Assembly (NCBI GenBank): GCA_013239625.1
Contig: MU053520.1
Coordinates: 842,530 to 894,736 of the forward strand
Direction of reading: 5' to 3'
Source of the DNA: Lama guanicoe
Lineage: Eukaryota
Length of the DNA: 52,207 nt
Positions 41,560 to 52,207 of this stretch are shown here, piece after piece. The notes under the pieces are model-generated. The model did no database searches. It had not been told where the DNA came from and saw only the letters and a program-made list of their open reading frames with translations. The stretch's first letter is position 1. Every line of letters begins with the position of its first letter. Both the position numbers and the translations under genes were made by a program.

Positions 41560-42430
41560 TCAGTAAAAGGCACTGTGGTGTCATGTTCTGATCGCCCAAC
41601 CAGAAAACTCACTGCATTTGTGATGCTCCCTCCCTTTTTCATGACTGCCATTTATAGTCATGATGTCACCAGATCCTCCTGTCTCTTCATCTTACCTGTC
41701 TTTCAGACTCATCCATTCCCACTGCCATTGCTTTGGTACACGTGGAATCATCTCTCTCATGGCTGGCTTCTAACTGGCTCTTCTTTCTCCAATCTTGCCT
41801 GCCTCACACTCACGATCCATTCTCCCTCTGCGTTTTAAAGAGCTCCCTCCCTAAAGAGTGGGCTCTTTAATATGTACAGCTTAGCCTGAAAGTCACTTGC
41901 TTAAAGATTTTAAAGGGCTCTCCATTTCCCTCACCTCTTTTAAGACAAAGGACAAACTCTTGACCTAAGAGGCCTGCCTCAATAGATGTTCCCACTTCCC
42001 TCTTCAGTCTAATTGATTTCTCAGAATCGCCCCATATTTCCTTCCCTTTTTTACACAATTTTTATGTTCTACTATTTTTTTTCCATTCCTAAAGCATTCC
42101 CTTTTTCTTTCATTGTCTCTCTGCCTCCCTCTCTCCCCATCCCCACTTCTCTCCAGCATGCAAGCAGACACACCTCACTTGGACTTGCCCACATTCTGTC
42201 CTCGGAAAACTCTCACATCAGATCTTCTTGTAGATGACTTTTGCATGTCCTCTGAAAAGCCTTCTCTGAGTTCCCTCCTCTGAGTTAGTTACCCTTATGT
42301 GTTCTTACAACCAAATGCACATCAAAATGCTTATTACTCTGTAATTTTCTTCTCTGCTTCTGATTGTACCTCACTCCAGAACTAGATCTTACAACAGGAG
42401 AAAGGAGCCATATCTTTAAATATCTGCACC
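41560..42430 (+). mobile_element. LINE-2 fragments (degraded)
   Basis: Pyrimidine-rich, with CTTCTAACTGG, AAGTCACTTGCTTAAAG, AAACTCTTGACC, TCCTCTGAAAAGCCTTCTCTGA motifs. Confidence 0.5.
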
Positions 42431-43875
42431 TTATTATATATTTGTCTTTTCTCAATGGTATGAATACTTATATATGCATCTTATATAATTAGAATTTCTC
42501 TATATAGTATAATTTAAAGCTACTAAGATATAAATATCATTTAAAATTGCCATGGCTACTGGCAATAACAGAAATTACTCAATTTTTGTAAGTAAGTTAT
42601 GTTTCAGGTTACGGTAAATTTTAGATTGAACATAAATGTTATAGTTTCTGCCACAAATTTTCAAGTTTTATCCATGTCCATTTCATCATCTAGATGACTC
42701 CCAAATCATTGTATACATTATCCTTTCCATAAATAATTGTGAAGATATGTATATTTGTCTTCCAAAATGGTAGATAATTAGCAGTGCTTTTTATACATAA
42801 GTACATTACGTTTGAGGCTAAAATCATTAAAAAATAAGCATTTAAGTTTAAGTCATTCACTTTCTGGAACTAATGTAAAAAAGGCGCTCAACTTGATGAC
42901 CATAGTTTTTTCTTTCCAGGCTGTTTATTATTGTATATAAGACAGACGAAGGGAAACTTAATCAAATCATTCTTCTATGCTAAAATCATGTTTCTAAAAC
43001 AAGTAGTTATTTAATAGATTTTTAAAAATCATTTAGTGTGAAAACAAATGATTTTTCAACTGAGTGCTTTGTATTTTAATTGTTTGTTTTTGAGTCGTTA
43101 AATACGTGCTGATTGGCCATCATAACAAATTAGCAGAACAGTTGCGACGTTAGTTTAGGCTTAATGTGTCTGTTTTTAGTCCACTTAAATTCACACCTAC
43201 CAGAGAACTGAAAGTTTGGTTCTCAGATTTTGTCAATGAAACTAGATTCTAACTTTGAGGACAGTTAAATATTGCAATGAAACACAATGATTGCCATAGG
43301 ATAATAGCAAGGTTATCATAAGAAGACAATATTGGATATGTAGAATACATGATCCAAATTATAGAATTCATCTATTTGGCAGACCTAATTCAGTTATGCG
43401 TGCTGCCAAGTTTTCCACTATAGATCTAAAGACAAAATGTCCTCACACTTTCTGTCTGTCTGATCGTGGCAGCCAAGATTGGATGGCAGAATACAGAGAA
43501 AAATGTGGTAATACAGGGAAAAATATGGAGAGATAATTTTTGCACCTCAGAAATAAACTTGTAAACAGTGAAGAGCATGTTTTACTCCAAAAAAGAATCT
43601 AAAATTTGAGTTAAAAATTAGGGCAGGAAGAACATTATAATGCCATGTTACTCCTCATTGTCAACAGAACTGGTTACAGAAGCAATGTAGCTGTCATCAA
43701 AACACTACTTCTTGACTTAGCTACCGCGTTTCTGACTTCCTCATTGTGTAAAATGTATGGCTAGATTGTTCTCATATTTTCTATTAAGTGAATTATTTCA
43801 ACAAGTTTTGGACATGGGAAGCAATTGTGATTTTTAAGAAAAGTACTTTCTAACATTGTTTTTTAAATTTCATTT

Positions 43876-44426
43876 TGGTAGAGGTGATTAGACAGGCTTT
43901 CCTACCCTGGTTGATTGCCAACAATCAAAAGAAAGTGCCAAACTGTTGAACAACAGGATGTTTCTCTTATCCCGCAGCTGGCTGTTTGATTCCAAGGACA
44001 TAGCCATGATTGTTGACACTCTGATCCCAAGGATGCAACCCAACATCTCTTCCTTTATTCTCTTTCCTGTTGAAGTTTCTGTTCTAGGGCTGGGTTCCAC
44101 AGGAGGAAAGAGATCATAATAAGAAGCAAGTAATTGGCTTTTGCACCACTAGAAGGAAGCTAATGATGACAGAGCCCTCCAGTAAAAGACCCTGCAGCCT
44201 GGTCAGAAGGTGGAGCTCCCTCTTCAGGCCAGCTGGGCTGACAGCTCCCCTCTTCAGTGCTCCCCTCTCCTTTCTTCCTCCCGCTGGAGTGCTTTCTTTC
44301 CCTTCTCTCTTTTGAGCAATAATGCTTTGTCTTCCTGCCTCTGCTGAGAATTCCTTCTCAAGCAGGGGGCAAGACCCCACATTTCTGGTGGGCTTTCTGA
44401 TTTGGGAATCTCTCTACCCACTAACA
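43876..44426 (+). mobile_element. Solo LTR, ERV1-like, 551 bp
   Basis: Termini TGGTAG...CTAACA (one mismatch from TGTTAG); 4-bp TSD ATTT at 43872-43875 and 44427-44430; TATA-like AGTAAAAGACC; degenerate poly(A) signal AATAAT; U5 GAATTCCTTCTC..GGCAAGACC. Confidence 0.7.
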
Positions 44427-44478
44427 ATTTCATGCATCACTTTATAACTCACACAAGTACTATGAAGCTGGTTAGGAG

Positions 44479-44900
44479 GTGTTTTAGCTGGGATTCCCCA
44501 GAATTAGAGCCTGAGATGAGATTTTTGTATACAAAAGGTAAGGTAAGGAAAAGATCCCAAGAAAGTCAAAGAAACTGAGCAACTAAGGGTGTAATATCAC
44601 GAAAAAAGGATAGAATGTAGCTTTAACCTCATCTGCACAGACCTTTTAAAGTACAAATTATGCCTCAGAATTCTACTGACTTGAGATAAGGGATCCTAAA
44701 TTCCATTTGCCCACTAACTCCAGACAATGGCATCTTCAAGGGGAGCGTAGTTTTCCAGGTAACTGTCTCCTCACCATCTGTAGGCAAATTAGGTTTCAGT
44801 AGCCAAGGGCAGTCCTTTGCTTGCCACTGCAAGCAAAAGCACACAGAACTGGGAGTAGGGAGGGGGCCATCCAAACAGTATTGAAAAAAGTGATCCATGC
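44479..44900 (-). mobile_element. ERVL LTR (LTR16/LTR33-like), apparently inside a MIR
   Basis: GGGATTCCCCAGAATTAGAGCCTGAGATGAGATTTT is a reverse LTR16/33 end; MIR motif AAAACTGAGGTTCAGA follows at about 44950. Confidence 0.45.
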
Positions 44901-47900
44901 ACTTGGTACACTACAGCCAGATTTTACTAGCTCATACTCAAAAATGTGAAAACTGAGGTTCAGAAAGGAAATATGATTTATACACAAATATCCACAGGTA
45001 AAAGTGTAAAACATTATGCAAGACCCTTGCTATAAATCCTATGTTTTTCTTGCAGTTTTTCCCCCATTCCATCATACTAGATAATAGTGTTACTTATTTT
45101 CATAATTAACATATAACCTCATAATAAAGTATGACCTGAAATTTTATAGCATTCTACACATTTCTGATTACTTTGAATATTTTATTTTTCTTTGTTCATG
45201 TAGTTTTATATTCAATTAAACCAGAGGACACAAAACATAGGGTTCTGGAACAGAAAATACGAATCAGAGCAGATGAGAGAGACAATAAAGAACTGAACCC
45301 CCCTGGAGAATTGCTTCCTGTCCGAAGGAGGAAGCCACTTCTAAGACCCAGGTGCTTCCGTGAGCTGTAAATGTTATTCAGCTCAATCACAAGAAAGTTT
45401 CTTTTCAAAGCTAATTTTGTAATTTTGTTTGGTTTGGTTTGGTTTTGGTTTTGTTTTCTTCTTGCTTTTGAGTCTTGGCATGAACTACAAATGAAAGTGT
45501 GAGGAGATCTCGAAATCCTCTAACATTGTTCTAAATTCTGTCAAAGTGAGTCCATTCAGACAAAAGCAGTGCTACTCAGCCTCATGATGTGCAATGTCCC
45601 TTTTAACAACATGTGTCTCTAACATCGCCTCTATTATCCTAGAATAAAATTTATAGGGAACTATTGCATGTAAATTCTAATATAATCAATGTAAAGCCTT
45701 AACCCCAATGTAAAGGAGAGAGAAGGAGGGAAAACTAACTTACAACTAAATAATATTTTTTTCTTTTTTTATTGGACTATAATTTGATGTAGAATATTAT
45801 GTTAGTTTCTGGTGTACAGCATAGTGATTCAGTGTTTTTGCCGATTATACTCTGTTATAAGTTATTACAAGATAATGGGTATAATTCCCTGTGCTATGTG
45901 GTATATACTTGTTGCTTATCTATTTTACATATGGTAGTCTGTATCTATTATTCCCACACTGCTAATTTGTCCTTTATCCTTCCTTCTTCCCTTCAGTAAC
46001 CATAAGTTTGTTTTCTCTACCCATGAGTCTGTTTCTGTTTTGCATATACATTTATTTGTATTATTTTTTAGATTTCACATATAAGTAATATTATACAATA
46101 TTTGTCTTAGGTATTCTCTCATCCACGTTGCTGCAAATGGCAGCATTTTGTTCTTTTTTATAGCTGAGTAAAATTCCATTTATACATATCGCTCATCTTT
46201 TTAAGTCAATCATGTCTTGATGGGCACTTGGGTTGTTGCCATTGCTTGGCTATAATGAATAGTGCTGCTGTAAACGTTGCGGTGCATCTATCTTTTCAAA
46301 TCAGTGCTTTTGTTTTCTTCAGATATATGTCCTGGAGTGGAATTGCTGCATTACATGGTAGTTTTATTTTTAGTGTTTTGAGGAACCTCCCTACTGTTCT
46401 CTGTAGTGGCTACAGCAACTAACATTCCCATCAATGGTGTACCAGTGTTCCCTTTTCTCCACATACTCTCCAACATTTGTTATTTGTAGACTTTTTGATG
46501 ATAGCCATTCTGACAGGTGTGAGGTAATATCTCATTTGACTTTCTCTAATAATGAGCAATGTTGAGCATCTTTTCATGTGCCTGTTAGCCATCTGTATGT
46601 CTTCTTTGGAGAAAGGCCTGTTCAGGTCTTCTCCCCACCCGATTTTGATTGGGTTGTTTTCCTTTTGTTATTGAATTGTATGAATCGTTTATATATTTTG
46701 GATATTAACCCCTTGTCAGTAGCATCACTTGAATTATTTTCTCCCATTCCATAGGTTACCTTTTCATTTTATCAGTGATTTCCTATGCTGTGCCAAAGTT
46801 TTACATTTAATCAGTTTCAATTTTTTTTTCTTTCTTTTGCCTTAGGAGACTGATCCAAGAAAATATTGCTAAGATTTATGTCAAAGAGCATTCCACCTAT
46901 GTTCTCTTTTAGGGGTTTTTATGGTTTCAGGTCCTACATTTGGGTCTTTAAACCATTTTGAGTTTATTGTTGTATACGGTGTAAGGGAACATTCTGATTC
47001 CATTGTTCTACGTGTGGCAGTCCAGTCTTCCTGGAGCCACTTGCTGGAGAAATTGTCTCTTCTCTATTGTATATTCTTACCTCCTTTGTCATAGGTTAAT
47101 GGACCGTAAGTGTGTGGGTTTACTTCTGGGCTCTCTATTTTGTTCCAGTGATCTGTGTGTCTGTTTTTGTGCCAATGCCATGCTGTTTTGATGCAGTACC
47201 TTGTAGATTTGCAGTGTAGTCTGAAGTCTGGAAGGATTATACTTTCAGCTTTTTTTCTTTTTTCACAAGATTGCTTTCACAGTTTGGGATCTTTTGCGAT
47301 TTGACATGAATTTTAGGATTATTGGATTAGTTCTGTGAAAAATGTCATGGGTATTTTGATAGAAATTGCATTGAATCCATAGATTACTTTAGGCAGTATA
47401 GCCATTTAAACATTATTAATTCTTCCAATCAAAGAGCACAGCTTATCTTTCCGTTTCTTCATATTATCTTCAGTTTCCTTCATCAATGCCTTATAGTTTT
47501 CAGAGTATAGTTTTCACCTCCTTGCTTAAGTTTATTTCTAAGCATTTTTATACCATTTTAAATAAGATTAAAAGAATTTTCTCTTTCTGATATTTCATTA
47601 TTAGTGTATAGAAATGTAACAGATTTTTGTATATTAATTTTGTATCCTGCAACCTTGATGAATTCATTTATTAGTTCTAATAGTTTTGGGGTGGAGACTT
47701 TAGAGTTTCCTATAATAATATGTTATAATCTGCAGAGAGGTTATCACTTCCCTTCCAGTTTAGTTAACTTTCATTTCTTTTACTTGTCTGATCGCTATGG
47801 CTAAGATTTTCACTACTATATTAAATAGACGCATCGAGAGTGATCATCCTTTTATTGTTGCTGAATTTAGCAGGAAGTTATTTTAAAGTCTTCACCATTG

Positions 47901-48761
47901 AATATTATGTTGGTTGTGGGTTTGTCATAAATTGTCTTTATTAGTCAAGATATGTTTCCTCTATACCCACCCTGGTGATAGTTTTCATCATGAATGAGTG
48001 TTGAAATGTATCAAATGCTTTTTCTGTGTCTATTGATATGATCATATGGTTTTTGTTTCTTTTTGTTAATGTGTTATATCGCATTGATTGATTTGCATGT
48101 GTTGAACCATCCTTGTGACTCTGAAATAAATCCAACTTGATTATGGTGTATGATTCTTTTTATGTGTTGTTACAGTCAGTTTGCTAATATTTTATAGAGA
48201 ATCTTTGCATTTGTATTTATCAAAGATTTTAGTCTGTAATTTTCTTTTTTGTAGTGTCTTGGTTTTTGGTACCAAAGTGATAGTGATCTCATAAAATGAA
48301 TTTGGGAGTGTTCCCTTCCTTTCAAGTTTTTGGAATAGTTTAAGAAGGATAGGTATTAATTCCTATTTATATGTTTGCTAGAATTACCCTATGAAGTCAT
48401 TGACCTTGGACTTCTGTTTGCTGGGATTTTTTTTTAAATTATTATTAAAAACTCAATTTCATTTCTAGAGATTGGTGTGTTCAAATTTTCTCTTTCTCCG
48501 TAACTCGGTCTTAGCAGGCTGTATGTTTTTAATTCTTTTTTAGATTGTTTGCGATTTTTCTTGCTTTTAAGAAAAGCCTGTATTACTATGATCTCCCTCT
48601 TAGAATTTCTTTTGCTGCATCCCATATATTTTGGAAACATACTTCCATTTTTATTTGTCTCAAGTTATTTGCTGATTTCCTTTTTGATTTCATCACTGAT
48701 TGTTTTTTTGATAGGATCTTGTCTAGTCTCCATATTTTTTTTTCTTTTCACATTCTTCTTT

Positions 48762-49859
48762 TTCAAAATTTTTATTGAAGTATAGTCATTTTACAATGTT
48801 ATATTAGTTTCTGGTGTACAACAAAATACTACAGTCATATGGGAACATACATATATTTGTTTTCATATTCTTTTTTTTTGAACTTTTTTTTATTGAGTAA
48901 TAGTCATTTTACAATGTTGTGTCAAATTCCAGTGTAGAGCACAATTTTTCAGTTATATATGAACATACATATATTCATTGTCACATTTTTTTTCGCTGTG
49001 AGCTACCACAAGATCTTGTATATATTTCCCTGTGCTACACAGTATAATCTTCTTTATCTAGTCTACATTTTAGAATCCCAGTCTATCCCTTCCCATGCCC
49101 CCACCTCCTTGGCAACCATAAGTCTGTATTCTATGTCTATGTGTCTATTTCTGTTCTGTATTTATGGTTTGTTTTTTTGTTTTTGTTTTTGTTTTTGTTT
49201 TTGTAGATTCCACACATGTGATACCATATGGTATTTTTCTTTCTCTTTCTGGCTTACTTCACTTATAATGACATTCTCCAGTAGCATCCATGTTGCTGCA
49301 AATGGCATTATTGTATTAGTTTTTATGGCTGAGTAGTATTCCATTGTATAACTATATATCACAATGTCTTTATCCAGTCATCTGTCAATGGACATTTAGG
49401 TTGTTTCCATGTCTTAATTATTGTAAATAGTGCTGCTATGAACATTGAGGTGCATGTGTCTTTTTGAATTAAGGTTCTTTCTGGATATATGCCCAGGAGT
49501 GGGACTGCTGGATCATATGGTAAGTCTATTTGTAATTTTTTTTAGAAATCTCCATACTGTTTTCCATAATGGCTGCACATGGCAAAACTACATTCCCACC
49601 CACAGTGTAGGAGGATTCCCTTTTCTCCACAACCTCTCCAGCATTTATTGTTTGTGGACTTTTGAATGATGTCAATTCTGAATGATGTGAAGTGATATCT
49701 CATTGTAGTTTTGATTTGCATTTCTCTGATGATTAACGATATTGAGCATTTTTGGATGTGCCTACTGGTCATTCGTATGTCTTCATTGGAGAATTGCTTG
49801 CTTAGGTCTTCTGCCCATTTTTGGATTGGGTTGATTTTTTTTCTTATTAAGTCTTATTA
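48762..49859 (-). mobile_element. Nested younger L1 material: short L1 3' end (48762-48870) plus a 5'-truncated L1 (48871-49859)
   Basis: Two successive L1 3' termini; ORF2 C-terminal peptides MEYYSAIK..MPFAATW and [27 protein letters not shown](A/G)TTCTTCTTT at 48748-48761 and 49860-49873. Confidence 0.88.
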
Positions 49860-50111
49860 TCACGTTCTTCTTTCTGTAGTTGATATTCTTGTTTCATACT
49901 GTTGTGGTCAGAAAAAAAATGCTTGATATAATGTCTTTCCTCTTAAATTTGTTGAGGCTTATTCTGTGATCTTGTACGTGATTAATCCTAGAAGACATTC
50001 CATGCGCACTTGGAAAGAATATATATTCTTTTTTTTTTCAGATGTAATTTCCTGTAGATACTTATTCAGTCTAACCAGTCTTTTGTGTCATTTAAGATCA
50101 CTGTTGCCTTA

Positions 50112-50523
50112 GCAGTATGGACAGACTGATTTGGAATCCAATGTTAGTGTGGCCAGAAAAAATGTATAAGAGCACCTTGTATCTATTTCAAGTGTGATTT
50201 AAACTGTTAAGTGACTTTCTGTGTGCTATGGTGGGAAATGAGTAGCTATTCATGGATCTTGGATAATACTAACAGAGTTTTACTTGTATTTATTTAAACA
50301 TTTTTAACTCGTATTTATATGTCACATTTTTATTGTTCAAGCCTGCCACCAAATTTGCGCTTACCTATTTCTTATCAAGATAAAAATATTACTATGTACA
50401 CAGTAGATAAAAAACATGTTAAATGGATTAAGAAGATAGTAGATGCAAGTGTCCGGTTGGTATTAAGATATTAAGTTGTAAAAAATTAAAGTCTTTTTTT
50501 TAACATCACAAAAAATTTTTAAA
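50112..50523 (+). pseudogene. Non-L1 retroposed insert, probably a processed mRNA 3'UTR fragment of unidentified origin
   Basis: TSD 16/18 identical at 50094-50111 and 50524-50541, at a TTT|AAGA site; ATTAAA at 50485-50490; A-rich tail at about 50510-50523. The host L1 continues on both sides. Confidence 0.8.
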
Positions 50524-51271
50524 AAGACCTCTGTTGCCTTACTGATTTTCTCTCTGGATGACCTGTTCATTGATGTCAATAGGGTGTTAAATTGTCCTAA
50601 TATCATGTATTACTATCAATATTTCCCTTTATGTCTGTTAGTATTTGCTCACATATTTATTTGCTCCCATATCCGTTAATGAGTGTAATATCTCCCTCTT
50701 GTGTTGATCCCTTTAGCATTATATAACACCCTTCCTTATTCTTTGTTATAGCCTTTGTTTTAAAGGCTAATTTGTTTAATATGAGTATTGCCACTCCTGC
50801 TTTCTTGTCCTTTCCATTTGCATGAAATGTCTTTTTCCATCCTCTCACTTCCAGTCTCTGTGTGCCTTTAATCCTGAAGTGGGTCTCGAGTAGGCAGCAT
50901 ATGAAAGGGTCTTGGTTTTTAGCCAATTAGCCACCATATGTCTTTTGATTGAAGGATTTAGCTCAATGACATTTAAAGTAACTATTGACAGGTATGTACT
51001 TATTGTCATTCAATTGCTTGTTTTTCAGCTGTTTTTGTAGTTCTTCTCTGTTTATTTTTCTTCTTTTCATTTCTCCCATTGTGGTTTGATGATTTTCATT
51101 TATGTATGCTTGGGTTCCTCTCTTTGTTTTTGGTATATCTGTTGCAGGCTTTTGATTTGTGGTCACAATAGAGTTCATATATGTTGACAATTTTATCTGC
51201 TTGATTTAAACTATTAGTCATGTAAGTTCAAACATATTCTAAAAGATCTACATTTTTACTCCCCTCCTCCA

Positions 51272-51365
51272 NNNNNNNNNNNNNNNNNNNNNNNNNNNNN
51301 NNNNNNNNNNNNNNNNNNNNNNNNNNNNNNNNNNNNNNNNNNNNNNNNNNNNNNNNNNNNNNNNN
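51272..51365. other. Assembly gap (N run)
   Basis: 94 N. Confidence 1.
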
Positions 51366-52207
51366 TTATTTCTTGTTAATCTATATACTGGGTTTTAATT
51401 GATCTTCAACTCTTACTTTATATTTGTCTTTCCTATTTGAATTTTCCCTTCCCTATAGAATAGTGCTTCCTTTCCATCTAGACAAGACCCTTTAATATTT
51501 CTTTTAGGATAGGTTTAGTGTTGTTGAATTCTTTTAGTTTTTGCTTGTCTGAGAGATTCTGTATCTCTCCCTCAATTCTAAGTGATAGTCTTTCTGAACA
51601 GAGAATCCTAGTTTGCAAATTTTTCCCCTTCAGCACTTCAAATAATTATACCACTCCCTTCTTGCCTGTAAAGTTTTTGCAGAGAAATCAGCTAGTAGCC
51701 ATATGGGGATTCCCTTGTATATGACTGTTTGTTTTTCTCTTGCTGCCTTTAGAGTTCTCTCTTTATCTTTAATTTTGAAATTTTAATTATGCTATGTCTT
51801 GGTGGGGTTCTGTTTGGGTTCATATTTGGGATCTTCTGTGCTTCCTGTATTGTAGTATCTGTTTCCTTCTTTAGGTTTGGGAAGTTTTGAGCCATAATTT
51901 CTTCAAATGCATTTTCGATACCCTTCTTGCTTTCTTCTTCTAGGACCTCTATAATGCAAATGTAGGCACATTTAATGCTGTCCCAGAGATCCTGTATGTT
52001 GTACTGGTCTTTCTTCTTTTTTTTTTTTCAATTTGTCTTTCTGTCTGCTGTTCTGACTGAGTGATTTCCATTACTCAAAGGACAGAGTACAGAAATCAGC
52101 CAAAGCTGGCCAGTCTTAAGCAAAGGGCAAAATAGTAATTTATTATTGAGGAAGTGCTCTGTCAATCACCTCAGGCTGACAAAGCAGTAAGCTAAAACAA
52201 TACAATC

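Larger units (their letters stand above)
45755..52075 (-). mobile_element. Long degraded LINE-1 (3'UTR, ORF2, inter-ORF, part of ORF1) hosting nested insertions
   Basis: ORF2 RT peptide [16 protein letters not shown] (47941-48135); endonuclease peptide QDPFICCLLETHF..GWKKTFHANGKDKKAGVAIL (50657-50926); 3'UTR at about 45770-46100; ORF1-region sequence at about 51420-52075. Many stops and frameshifts. Confidence 0.93.

Noticed and set aside
43100..43180. ACGTG plus ATTGG (CCAAT) motif cluster as an enhancer
   Set aside because: Short motifs occur by chance; conservation cannot be assessed from this sequence.
45755..52075. Active full-length L1
   Set aside because: Many stops, frameshifts, deletions and nested insertions; no 5'UTR seen.

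Overview
Gene-poor, AT-rich mammalian genomic DNA with three assembly gaps. The cetartiodactyl-type L1 3' ends and the lack of recognisable lineage SINEs suggest a camelid (inference). The only gene is the intronless kinesin-13 gene KIF2B (+, ATG 25057, natural stop 27198-27200). It has a GC-box/CpG-rich promoter, no poly(A) tail and ancient flanking repeats, so it looks like the true locus rather than a recent retrocopy. It is disrupted by an in-frame TAG at codon 258 (25828-25830), a 92-nt tandem duplication in the motor domain (26557-26738), and substitutions at conserved motor residues including switch II DLAGNE->DLAGNK. The duplication begins at a CAG|GT proto-splice site, creating a 92-nt phase-0 GT..AG segment (26560-26651) whose removal exactly restores the conserved frame. 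The amino-acid-changing differences lie in the would-be intronic copy, making this a candidate intron gain by tandem duplication. The rest is L1, L2, MIR, MaLR/ERVL/ERV1 LTRs and hAT MERs, with several clear TPRT scars: a twin-primed L1, nested L1s and an orphan 3'UTR retrocopy. Repeat family names come from recalled consensus motifs, not a database search.
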